Notes: generated by a model from the letters alone, not told the origin. A stretch of 64,000 bases of DNA from an uncultured Acidobacteriaceae bacterium (GCA_963715965.1 CAVQSN010000001.1:809736-873735), one strand, 5' to 3'. Shown: positions 44,630-53,242, numbered from the stretch's first letter. Program-made: numbers and translations.

Positions 44630-44840
44630 GGGAAGAGCACGGCTTTAGAGGCTGCGGAAGAACTCCGCTCCGCGCCGGTTTGGGGAAGGGCACGACCGGG
44701 GTCCCCGGCAAGCCCGGGTTTGGCTTGCTGGGGTGGACGAGTTCCACTCGTGCCGTAAATGCCGTCCCTTCAACGGCGGCTTCCAGCCGCTGGGGGAATT
44801 CTGTCCTGCGAAAAGACTTTTTCCGCAGCCTGTTTAGCCA
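44630..44840. repeat. REP/MITE-like long imperfect palindromic element
   Basis: Outer 11-bp perfect inverted repeat AGGCTGCGGAA (44649-59) / TTCCGCAGCCT (44821-31), with flanking and inner imperfect complementarity (GAAGGGCACGA … TCGTGCC…GTCCCTTC). Frame translations (…STRAVNA…, …VVPFPKP…, …LKPC…) resemble junk ORFs of intergenic repeats in soil Acidobacteria, from memory. Confidence 0.55.
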
Positions 44841-45082
44841 CGCCGCCCAGAACCGACAAAAATGCGGACATCCCGACCTCTTACTTCCGACTTCTTCCCC
44901 CTTGACACCCCACGCTAAAATAGAAGTAGCAGTCCAATCTGCACGCTCTTTGACAACTAAGCCGCGAGTTGCACTCACGGTTGAGAATCAGGGGTTTCCC
45001 CTATAACCTCCTCTAAGTCTATGGTTTATAAAGACCTTAGCTCTAAGTCCTTATTCCTCAAAGACCTGCCGTTCCAGAACCT

Positions 45083-45126
45083 CTAAGTCTTTGACTTCAT
45101 TAGACCGGGAGAGGGGGGGTACCGAG
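45083..45126 (+). repeat. direct repeat copy A: CTAAGTCTTTGACTTCATTAGACCGG-(G-rich)-GGTACCGAG
   Basis: Roughly 80% identical by eye to copy B at 45263-45310, including a poly-G tract and a GGTACC site. Confidence 0.7.
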
Positions 45127-45262
45127 AAAGAGCAGCAATGCCGCCCCCAAGCTGTCTCTACCAAGCTCCTTGACAACCACAAGGTGGTGGGGCATAAGTT
45201 CCATAAAATCAGGACTTTGCCTCTAACCCTCATCCGCTCAGGACTTTGGCGGGAAACTCTTC

Positions 45263-45310
45263 CTAAAGTCTTGATTCCAATAGACCGGTGGGGGGGAGGG
45301 GGGTACCTAG
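45263..45310 (+). repeat. direct repeat copy B: CTAAAGTCTTGATTCCAATAGACCGG-(G-rich)-GGTACCTAG
   Basis: See copy A. Each copy lies 110-150 nt downstream of a CTC(T/C)TTGACAAC box (44950, 45170). Confidence 0.7.
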
Positions 45311-45342
45311 GAACAGAATCTTCCCGTGGTCTCGCTGAGAAC

Positions 45343-45370
45343 TAAGAATGTAAGCTTAAGAATGTAAGCT
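45343..45370. repeat. perfect 14-bp tandem duplication TAAGAATGTAAGCT x2, overlapping the trpG stop codon
   Basis: 45343-45356 equals 45357-45370. The second copy contains the TAG stop (45369-71, minus strand). Confidence 0.9.
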
Positions 45371-45950
45371 AACGACCGAGCCCCAGGAAATTCTCCACCA
45401 GTTTTTTCCCTTCATCCGTCAACACGCTCTCGGGATGAAACTGCACGCCCTCAACCGGAAACTCCCTGTGTCGCAGCCCCATGATCACGCGCGTTCCATC
45501 GCTGTCGCGAGTCCAGGCACTGACTTCCAGTTCCGCAGGCAGTCCATCTTCGGCAACGATTAGCGAGTGGTATCGCGTCGCCGTCATCGGAGAAGACAGC
45601 CCGCGAAAAATCGTCTTCCCATCGTGCTCCACCTGGCTCGTCTTGCCGTGCATCAGATTTTTCGCGCGCACCACTTGCCCGCCAAATGCCGCGCCCAGAG
45701 CCTGATGTCCGAGGCAAACGCCCAGCAGCGGAACCTTCCCCGCAAAATGCCGGATCAACTCAATCGAAATGCCCGCTTCCTGCGGCGTGCACGGCCCCGG
45801 CGAAACCACAATGCGCTCGGGATGCATCGCTTCGATTTCCTCGACCGTCACCTCGTCGTTGCGCCGCACCGTCACCGCCGCGCCCAATTCACCTAGATAT
45901 TGGACAAGGTTGTACGTAAACGAATCGTAGTTGTCGAGAACGAAGACCAC
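45369..45950 (-). CDS. trpG: anthranilate synthase component II / glutamine amidotransferase (TrpG/PabA)
   Basis: 193 aa. [23 protein letters not shown] (catalytic Cys), FHPES. GTG start. Confidence 0.92.
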   Translation of the reverse strand: MVFVLDNYDSFTYNLVQYLGELGAAVTVRRNDEVTVEEIEAMHPERIVVSPGPCTPQEAGISIELIRHFAGKVPLLGVCLGHQALGAAFGGQVVRAKNLMHGKTSQVEHDGKTIFRGLSSPMTATRYHSLIVAEDGLPAELEVSAWTRDSDGTRVIMGLRHREFPVEGVQFHPESVLTDEGKKLVENFLGLGR

Positions 45951-46144
45951 GGATTGATTGTAGCTGCGAGAGGCCAGTAGCGTTCGGTGTTTTGCCTCTA
46001 CAATCGGACCCTCTTACCTCCGACCTCCAGTGCTTGACAGTCCGCCTGCTCCTTGCCATGCTTACAAGCGATTCGGGCAACTTGTTGAAGTTCTTTACCC
46101 TTGCAACTAGGATCGATACAGCCTTGACCTCCCGGGAATTCTCC

Positions 46145-46486
46145 ATGGCCGAAACGAAGCACGACCAACATGAAAACGATAAGCGCGCTACGCGGCGTTT
46201 CGCGCTTCGTCTGCCGGTAGCTGTCCGCTACGAACCCAATGAGCAGGAGCATGCCGCGCAAACCCGCGATGTCAGCGCCCGCGGCATCTGCTTCTACGTC
46301 GATTCCGCCCTGCAGGCCGGCTCTGCTATCGATTTCACTCTCACCTTGCCGCCTGAAATCACTCTCACCGAAAGCATACGGGTGCGCTGCAAAGGCCGCG
46401 TCGTAAGAGTCGAAGGCAGAAATCCCGCGGACAAAATGACCGTCGCCGCCGTCATCGACGAGTACGAGTTTCTCGCCGATTCTTAG
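46145..46486 (+). CDS. PilZ-domain protein (c-di-GMP receptor)
   Basis: 113 aa. RRFALR (RxxxR) and DVSARGICF (DxSxxG) motifs at the canonical spacing. Confidence 0.8.
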   Translation: MAETKHDQHENDKRATRRFALRLPVAVRYEPNEQEHAAQTRDVSARGICFYVDSALQAGSAIDFTLTLPPEITLTESIRVRCKGRVVRVEGRNPADKMTVAAVIDEYEFLADS

Positions 46487-46565
46487 TTGCGTCCGCTTCT
46501 CTCGTCTCTCGCTCTGCATGCGTCTTCCGTCCTGCCAGCCGCGAGTGGTATGTTTGCTGTAACCA

Positions 46566-48080
46566 TTGAGCGCTCCGGTGAAACATTTCCTGCGAAAACT
46601 GCCGTTCCGGCAAAAGTGGCTGCGCTTCGTCGCGCCCATATCTTGCTGCGCGCTTCTAGCGCTCGGATTGCTCGCTCTCGCGGCCCCTTATCTTCTCGCC
46701 CAGACCAAGCCGTCCACCCAGACGGACCCGCCTTCCAAGCCTGCCGCCTCCTCGGATGCAACCAAAACTGCCACCATCAAGAGCTTCCGCATCGTGCAGG
46801 AAAAAGACGGCCCTGCCGTCGAGATCCTCTCCACTAGGCCGCTGGTTCCCTCGATCCAGGCCATCACCGGCCCCGATCGTTTGGTCATCGATCTTCCCAA
46901 CGCGCGCCTTGATAGCCAGCAGAAGCGCATCAGCGTCCAGGCCGACGAAATCACCACGCTCCGCGCCGACCAGTTCCAGCAGGATCCGCCCATCGCTCGC
47001 GTCGTCGTCGATCTTCTCGCCCCGCGCGCCTATACCTGGGACGCCGCCGGAAACCGCCTCGTCGTCCATCTCGGCAAGAATCCTAACCTCCCGAATGGCT
47101 CGCCCTTTCAGACCCCGACCGTAGCCAGCTTGTCGCCTCGCCCCCAACCGGTGGTCGCCGCCGTGCGCGCAGCAGAACCATTGCCACTCGCCACCAAGGA
47201 GAGCGGAGACGGTTCCACCATCGCCGCTCTGGCTGATACCACCATCGTCGGCCTCTCCGGTGGAGGCGAGTTGCGCGTTTGTCCCGGAACAACCGTTTCC
47301 GTCACTCCGTCGCAGAACCGCCACAATCGGATGTTCAGCCTGAACACCGGCGCGCTCGAGGCCCACTTCTCGCTCGACGCTTCTTCCGATTCCGTCGTTA
47401 CACCCGACTTCCGCATCCTGCTCGTTGGCCCCGGAGAGTTCCACTACGCCATCAGTGCCGACAATCAGGGAAACACCTGCGTGCGCTCGCTGCCCGGCAA
47501 CACTGCCTCGGCGATCGTCACAGAGTTGATGGGCGATCGCACTTACCAGGTCAAAGCCACCGACCAGCTTGTGTTCCGCGCCGGTCAACTCGATCGTGTG
47601 GATATGGCCGTCCCGCTGGAATGCGGATGCCCTCCTCCGCGCAACGCCTCCCTGCTTGCCGCAAACAACGCGCCCTCGCTGAACGATGCCCAGCCCAGCT
47701 TGCACACGAGCGCGGCGGCCTCCGATTCTGCGCCCGCCCCCGAGACTGCTCACGCCGACAGCGCGGCCCTCCCCGGCCTGCCCGCGGCACCGCCAGCGCC
47801 TCCACTGGACGCGTCTCTCGCACCCAACCAGCTTCACGTGCAGATCGAAGCTCCATTCGTTTTCCACGCCACCGGACCTCCGCCAGCTCCCGTCGAAGAA
47901 GTGCGCGCTCTCCCGTTCGATTTCCGTCGCCTGCCGGAACCTGGCTCCGCAGATCCGCTCCCTCCCCCGGCGGCTCCACAGTCCGAACCGGCCGATTCGC
48001 AGAAGGCATCCAAAAATAACCCGCCCTCTCGTGGCTTCTTCAAAAGGCTCGGTGGATTTCTCGCCTCGCTCTTCCACTGA
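46566..48080 (+). CDS. AMIN-domain envelope protein with FecR-like middle region and Pro-rich tail
   Basis: Signal/TM segment. AMIN-like FRIVQEKDGPAVEILSTRP…DRLVIDLPNARL…IARVVVDL…NRLVVHL. TTG start; a GTG at 46578 is an alternative. Confidence 0.7.
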   Translation: MSAPVKHFLRKLPFRQKWLRFVAPISCCALLALGLLALAAPYLLAQTKPSTQTDPPSKPAASSDATKTATIKSFRIVQEKDGPAVEILSTRPLVPSIQAITGPDRLVIDLPNARLDSQQKRISVQADEITTLRADQFQQDPPIARVVVDLLAPRAYTWDAAGNRLVVHLGKNPNLPNGSPFQTPTVASLSPRPQPVVAAVRAAEPLPLATKESGDGSTIAALADTTIVGLSGGGELRVCPGTTVSVTPSQNRHNRMFSLNTGALEAHFSLDASSDSVVTPDFRILLVGPGEFHYAISADNQGNTCVRSLPGNTASAIVTELMGDRTYQVKATDQLVFRAGQLDRVDMAVPLECGCPPPRNASLLAANNAPSLNDAQPSLHTSAAASDSAPAPETAHADSAALPGLPAAPPAPPLDASLAPNQLHVQIEAPFVFHATGPPPAPVEEVRALPFDFRRLPEPGSADPLPPPAAPQSEPADSQKASKNNPPSRGFFKRLGGFLASLFH

Positions 48081-48183
48081 TCAATCTGTCCTTCCGTCCA
48101 AACCATGCCCGGCGGCAGGCAAATCTTCCTTGAACCCGCGCATCTATAATTACTTTTAACCAACCAACTCGAAGGAGTGAGCC

Positions 48184-48720
48184 ATGCAACGACTGCACCC
48201 AGTCCTCTCACTGCTGACGTTCTTGTTCATGATCGTTGGCGCTGCCTCGGCCCAGGTTCCGACCAAAGGAAACGTCTTCTTCGGCTATTCGCTGGACCGC
48301 ACTCCGATCGTCTCGAACGACACGGTCAACACCAACGGATGGGATGCAACGCTGGAAGGCAAGCTCCTGCCCTGGATTGGCGTCGTCGTCGACTTCGATG
48401 GTCACTACGGCAGCGACAATTTCAACGGAGTCACCGCTGACGTCAACACTCACAACGTTCTATTTGGTCCTCGGGTGTCCGTGCAGATTCAGCGCCTTCG
48501 TCCATTTGCCGAAGTGCTGGTCGGCGTCAGCCACATTACCCGAAGCAATGGCATCTCCGATTCCAATACTTCCTTCTCCAACGCCGCCGGCGGAGGGTTC
48601 GACTACAAAATATTCGGCCCCGTCGCATTCCGCGCTCAACTCGACTGGATCAACACCCGTTTCTACGGCAACGGCCAGAACGGTGTGCGCGTCTCCACCG
48701 GCATCGCGGTTCATTTCTGA
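48184..48720 (+). CDS. small outer-membrane beta-barrel protein (OmpA-like TM / OmpW-type)
   Basis: 178 aa. Signal peptide …VGAASAQ. Alternating hydrophobic beta-strand pattern. C-terminal …STGIAVHF. GAAGGAG SD. Confidence 0.75.
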   Translation: MQRLHPVLSLLTFLFMIVGAASAQVPTKGNVFFGYSLDRTPIVSNDTVNTNGWDATLEGKLLPWIGVVVDFDGHYGSDNFNGVTADVNTHNVLFGPRVSVQIQRLRPFAEVLVGVSHITRSNGISDSNTSFSNAAGGGFDYKIFGPVAFRAQLDWINTRFYGNGQNGVRVSTGIAVHF

Positions 48721-48738
48721 GGACAGACTCCGCGGGCG

Positions 48739-49932
48739 TCATATGACGCTCTCTCTCTTTAGCGATAGATCCAGAGCCGTGTTTTGCTCCGCGCATTGTT
48801 CCAGAATCAAGGGCACCTCAACCAGCGCGCGATTCGAATATTCGCCGGCCTCGCCGCGGAACGTCTCGAAAGTCGGACCCTCCAGCAAGCGTCGCACCGC
48901 GCCCGCAATTTGCTGGAAGGTCGGCACCACGATCCCGTAACCATTCTCCGTAACCCATTCCGCGTTGTAGCGCTCTTGCGGCAACGTCTTAGAATTGCAT
49001 TCCACGATCACTGGCAAGTGGAATTGCAGCGCCTCGCTGATCGATCCCGGCCCCGGCTTCCCTATAAAGAAGTCGGATAAAGCCATGTAATATTCCACAT
49101 TCTGCGCAAATCCAACCACCGCCATCGGCTTCTTCGTCCGCAGGTTCTTGAGTTGAGCGGCAAGCTTATCGTTGTGTCCGCAAATCAAAATCAACTGCAC
49201 CCCGCTGCCGGACTCATCGAGCCTCCTCGCAATGTCGACCATGACCTGCGAGCCGTGCCCTCCGAACAGCACAATCCCTGTCGGGCAATCAGGGTCTAAC
49301 CCAAGCCGTGTCCTCTCCGCGACGCGATCGACGACTGTCTTTGCGTAGAACTTAGGCTTCAGAATCATTCCCGAGGTCCGAAAAATGTGATCTTCAGCAA
49401 TCCCCATCGCCAGCGCTTGTTGGCGGGCCCGATCCGTGCCCGCAATGATGTACTCCGACTCTCTTTCGATCCAGAAGTGTGGAGGATAATCCGCCAGATC
49501 CGTGATCAAAGTGACAAACGGCGGCGTGGCAGCCGATCGCAAGCCATCGACCCGCAGGCTCTCCGCAATCTCGCGGTTGAAGTGAGGAATCACCGATAGC
49601 ACCAGGTCGGCGGGATGCTGCTCCCAGTAATCTCGCAATAACTTCACAATCGAGGAGTGGTAAGCACGGATCGTCGCCTGCAGAACAACCAGAAGTTGCG
49701 GAGTAAAGCGGGTCCAGCCCTTGCGCAAAATTACGTTGTAAGTGTCTTGAATGCGCAGCCCCGTAAGGCGGCGGATCAGATCCAGCGGATCCAGCAATTC
49801 CTGAATATCAAGCAGCGTGACGTCCCAGGGCTGCTCCTGGCTCGAAAGCCTAGCCTGTAAAGCCTCGGCCGCGCTGCGATGCCCTCCGCCTGCGTGATGA
49901 AACACAATCGTAAGTTTGCGCAAGTTTCGCAT
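48739..49932 (-). CDS. MGDG-synthase-family glycosyltransferase (diacylglycerol glycosyltransferase-like)
   Basis: N-terminal IVFHHAGGGHRSAAEAL, typical of the MGDG_synth family. GT-B C-terminal half. Start lies 2 nt after the stop of the upstream gene. Confidence 0.75.
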   Translation of the reverse strand: MRNLRKLTIVFHHAGGGHRSAAEALQARLSSQEQPWDVTLLDIQELLDPLDLIRRLTGLRIQDTYNVILRKGWTRFTPQLLVVLQATIRAYHSSIVKLLRDYWEQHPADLVLSVIPHFNREIAESLRVDGLRSAATPPFVTLITDLADYPPHFWIERESEYIIAGTDRARQQALAMGIAEDHIFRTSGMILKPKFYAKTVVDRVAERTRLGLDPDCPTGIVLFGGHGSQVMVDIARRLDESGSGVQLILICGHNDKLAAQLKNLRTKKPMAVVGFAQNVEYYMALSDFFIGKPGPGSISEALQFHLPVIVECNSKTLPQERYNAEWVTENGYGIVVPTFQQIAGAVRRLLEGPTFETFRGEAGEYSNRALVEVPLILEQCAEQNTALDLSLKRESVI

Positions 49933-49934
49933 CT

Positions 49935-50747
49935 TTAAGTCGCCACCCCCTCGTACTCGCCATCCTCAAGCCATCCCGAATCGTCCTCCAACTCGGCAGC
50001 ATCCCCAGCGCTCGGTTCTGCGGCAGCATGCAACTCCTCCACCTGCTCCACATACTCGTGAATCTGCACGCCCTCCTCACCCACGGTGATGTAGGTTGGG
50101 TGCGCATCGATCCACGCCCCGCAGTTGAAGTAATCGATTCCATGCGCCTCGTCACGCTTGTGCAAGGCCGCGTGGGTATGGCCGCAGAAGATGCGATCCG
50201 CATGATGATGCCGCGCATGCGCCAGTGCGCCATCGGCCACCTTAGGAGACAAGCGCAACCAGCGCGTATTCAGCCGGTCGAGAAATCGCGTCAGGGCCTT
50301 GTTCTTCGAATCCCACTTCTGCAATTGCATGTAGAGCAGCGTCCCGATCAGGTAGCTGACCCTCACATTGCTTAGGACAAAGCCATCGAACTGGTGACCA
50401 TGCACCGCGATGTGCCGCACGCCTCGATACTCCCATCGATACTCCTGGAACACGCGCACACCCACCAGGTGCGACATGATCGGAGCCAGACCATGATCGT
50501 GATTCCCCTCGACCCACACCACTTCGACCTTACGTTTGGGATTGGAGAGCTTGCGAATGTAACCGAGAAATTTCCAGTGTTCTTTTTTCAGGCGTCCAAA
50601 ATTGAGGTCGGCAAAGATATCGCCCAGCAGAATCAGCCGGCGATATTGATGTTCCCGCAACACGCGCAACGCTTCGCGGGCGCGGCTCATGTCCGCGCCG
50701 AGATGCAAATCCGAGAGGATCAGCGTGTCATAGGGCCGCGGCGCCAC
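49935..50747 (-). CDS. LpxH-like calcineurin-type metallophosphoesterase (UDP-2,3-diacylglucosamine diphosphatase family)
   Basis: LILSDLHLG, LLGDIFD-type, VEGNHDH, GHTH motifs. Acidic C-terminal tail. Confidence 0.7.
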   Translation of the reverse strand: MAPRPYDTLILSDLHLGADMSRAREALRVLREHQYRRLILLGDIFADLNFGRLKKEHWKFLGYIRKLSNPKRKVEVVWVEGNHDHGLAPIMSHLVGVRVFQEYRWEYRGVRHIAVHGHQFDGFVLSNVRVSYLIGTLLYMQLQKWDSKNKALTRFLDRLNTRWLRLSPKVADGALAHARHHHADRIFCGHTHAALHKRDEAHGIDYFNCGAWIDAHPTYITVGEEGVQIHEYVEQVEELHAAAEPSAGDAAELEDDSGWLEDGEYEGVAT

Positions 50748-50889
50748 AGCCTCGATTGTCGCCGGGCCGTGTTACGAGGTGATGAATTGGGACTTGTTCA
50801 CAGACAAGAGGTAACCCGTAGGTAACTACCGACCGAGTCACTTGGAGTTCGCGGCGGCCTACGTCAATGACGTTTCCCCCGGGCAACGC

Positions 50890-51165
50890 TCAGTGCGCCG
50901 GAGGAACGTAATCCGCCGGGCGCGCTACGCCTTCGCCGAAGAAAAACTGCTCCATCTGCTGCACGATCACTTCCTGATCCTGCTTGCGCGCCGGATTCAG
51001 CCGGTATTCGTTCAGCAACATCTTGCAGTGCTCCATCCACTGGCCCCAAGCCTGTTGCGACACGTTGTCGTAAATCTTTTTTCCCAACTCGCTGTCAAAG
51101 GGAGGCTCCGGCAGCCCCGGCAATTCCTGTTTTAACTTTGCGCAGAAAACTTTGTGATCAGCCAT
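50890..51165 (-). CDS. yggX: oxidative-damage protection / Fe(2+)-trafficking protein YggX
   Basis: 91 aa. VFCAKLKQELPGLPEPPF…G..IY..VS..AW..W……LNEYRLN pattern. Confidence 0.85.
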   Translation of the reverse strand: MADHKVFCAKLKQELPGLPEPPFDSELGKKIYDNVSQQAWGQWMEHCKMLLNEYRLNPARKQDQEVIVQQMEQFFFGEGVARPADYVPPAH

Positions 51166-51312
51166 AAATTTATTCTGAAATTATCGCACAGCCATTGCGC
51201 TGCAACCTCCCGTCACCGTCGCCTCTCACCCGAATGACGATTTTGCTCGCCCTATGCTCGTCGCACCCAAGCACGCGCGTAACCAAAATCGCTGGCGCAT
51301 GCAAGATTTTCA

Positions 51313-51340
51313 TTGACAAATCACATACACGTGGCAATAT
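51313..51340 (+). promoter_or_regulatory. candidate sigma-70 promoter (TTGACA-N16-CAATAT)
   Basis: -35 TTGACA at 51313-18, -10 CAATAT at 51335-40. About 100 nt upstream of the micro-ORF. Confidence 0.45.
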
Positions 51341-51446
51341 CTTGTGGTAGGACAGCTACTCATACTAGTAGTTGGGTAGCCCGGGCATCAAGGTGCCCTG
51401 TCTTGAACCTTGGGAGAACAAATCGTTCAAACGGAGGAAACACTTC

Positions 51447-51488
51447 ATGGCAACCAAGAAGAAAGCCGCCAAGAAAAAGAAACACTAA
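51447..51488 (+). CDS. 13-codon lysine-rich micro-ORF MATKKKAAKKKKH (leader peptide or micro-protein)
   Basis: Hand-translated. GGAGG at 51433-37, 9 nt upstream of the ATG. TAA at 51486-88. Lies between a structured leader and a strong terminator. Confidence 0.4.
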   Translation: MATKKKAAKKKKH

Positions 51489-51518
51489 GCGGACGGATGC
51501 TCGTTCAAGAAATTCCCC

Positions 51519-51554
51519 AAGCCTCTCAAGAGAAGCACCTCTTGAGAGGCTTTT
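51519..51554 (+). terminator. intrinsic terminator / attenuator hairpin
   Basis: 14-bp perfect stem AAGCCTCTCAAGAG-AAGCAC-CTCTTGAGAGGCTT followed by TT (TTTT run at 51551-54). Confidence 0.7.
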
Positions 51555-51682
51555 CCACATGTGTAGGGAAGAGTTTGCTGGTGTGGCGACGGGCGTATCG
51601 CCCGTCCAGACGAGCGCAGCTCAGCCGCCCTGCAGTGGCCGCTGCAACGACCGCAATTCTAGATTGAAACGATAGACTCACT

Positions 51683-53242
51683 GTGCCGACATCCAACACC
51701 CCGACAGAATCCATCGCAAACAACCGCCGCACGACCTCTTCGCGCCGCATCGCCCCCTGGCTCTTTGCCGCCTTCCAGTTTTTCTACCTGCTCACTTCCA
51801 CCGGACGCGTCCGCACCCCCGACGAATACAACACGCTCTACACCACCGAGAGCCTCGTACTCCACGGATCCACCACCGTTCCGCAAGCCGTTCAGTTACA
51901 CAATTTCTATGGAAGATACGACGTTCACGGTCAGCCGCGAGCCGCCTATCCTCCGGGACAAGCTTTGCTCTGTGCACCCTGGTACGCCCTCGGACAGTAT
52001 CTGCTCGCCCGATTGCCAGGTGTCCCAGTCGAAGATACCGACTTGATCGTGGCCTTTTCCTCGTGCCTCAGCAACACAACTTTTTCCGCTCTGGCCGTTA
52101 CCTTCTTCTTTCTGCTACTCGTCGGAATCGGAATCCCCCAGCGCCCCTCGCTCTTTGCGGCAGCCATGGTTGGCCTCGGTACTCCGATCTTTGCCTATTC
52201 CGCATGGCTATTCTCCGAGCCCATCTCGACTGCCGTTTTCGTCGGCACGGCGCTGCTGCTGTTTGGACGAGCCAGCGATCGCCCAGCCTCACCCTACCAT
52301 CCCCATGCCATCTCATGGCGCACTGCCGCCATCGCCGGACTAATCCTGGGCTTGGCAACGATCATTCGGCCGACCAATGTGCTCGCGATTCCGGTCTTTG
52401 CATTCGCCATGGTCATGCGTAACGGAAAAACCGCTCTCCGCTCCGCAGTCGCCCTTTGCGTAGCCTCGGCGATCGGGGTCGCCGCCCTCCTCGCCCACAA
52501 TGCCCTCTTGTTTGGAGCCCCGTTTCAATTCGGCTATCCCGACGCCGCCGAAGGCGCCAAGCGTCTCAACTCCTTTGACACGCCGCTCCTCAGAGGCCTC
52601 TATGGATTCCTTTTGTCTCCCGGCAAATCCATCTTTATTTTTGCGCCTCCTGTGCTCCTCGCGCTGGCTGGGCTTCGACGTCTTTGGAGACTTGAGCGTG
52701 GCCTCGCCACCATCGCCATCTTCCTTCCGCTCCTCTATCTTTCTTTCTACGCCCGCTACACCCAGTGGGAAGGCGGATACTGCGTCGGACCAAGGTATCT
52801 CGTTCCGTCAATCGTCTTGCTCTGCCTGGGTCTGGGTCCAGCGCTGGCTTCCTCCCCCGCACAATCCGCAACTCAACCAAGAACTCGAACCCAACCGATC
52901 GCCCTAGCCCTGCTGGTTCTAGGATTCCTCGTGCAATGCATTTCGCTAGCCACCAGCTTCATGGAAGACCAGGTGGCTCACGCCCATGAAATCGGCCGCT
53001 ATTACGATGCCAATTGGAATTACCGCCTGAGTTACTCGCTCAGTGGCCAGGTTCATCTGTTGTTCCGTTATCTGCAAAGTGCCGAACCGGCGCGGCTAGG
53101 TCTGGGGTGGGACCGCTGGTTCATTTTCCTTCACAAGGGCGGAATCTCTACTGTAACGCTCGGCATTCTGGCTCTGATTATGCTTGCCGGACTCGCCCTC
53201 AGCCTGACCGGCTTAGTAGGCACTGCTCGTTTGGAGCCCTAG
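51683..53242 (+). CDS. GT-C-fold polytopic membrane glycosyltransferase (ArnT/PMT, GT39/GT83-like)
   Basis: 519 aa with at least 10 hydrophobic helices. Acidic first-loop motif RVRTPDEYN. GTG start with no clear SD. Confidence 0.55.
   Translation: MPTSNTPTESIANNRRTTSSRRIAPWLFAAFQFFYLLTSTGRVRTPDEYNTLYTTESLVLHGSTTVPQAVQLHNFYGRYDVHGQPRAAYPPGQALLCAPWYALGQYLLARLPGVPVEDTDLIVAFSSCLSNTTFSALAVTFFFLLLVGIGIPQRPSLFAAAMVGLGTPIFAYSAWLFSEPISTAVFVGTALLLFGRASDRPASPYHPHAISWRTAAIAGLILGLATIIRPTNVLAIPVFAFAMVMRNGKTALRSAVALCVASAIGVAALLAHNALLFGAPFQFGYPDAAEGAKRLNSFDTPLLRGLYGFLLSPGKSIFIFAPPVLLALAGLRRLWRLERGLATIAIFLPLLYLSFYARYTQWEGGYCVGPRYLVPSIVLLCLGLGPALASSPAQSATQPRTRTQPIALALLVLGFLVQCISLATSFMEDQVAHAHEIGRYYDANWNYRLSYSLSGQVHLLFRYLQSAEPARLGLGWDRWFIFLHKGGISTVTLGILALIMLAGLALSLTGLVGTARLEP

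Noticed and set aside
45209-45223. Minus-strand GAGGCAAAGTCCTGA, which resembles the RNase P RNA P4 motif GAGGAAAGTCCGGG
   Set aside because: None of the other conserved RNase P RNA blocks is present nearby, and the region's GC content and length do not fit.
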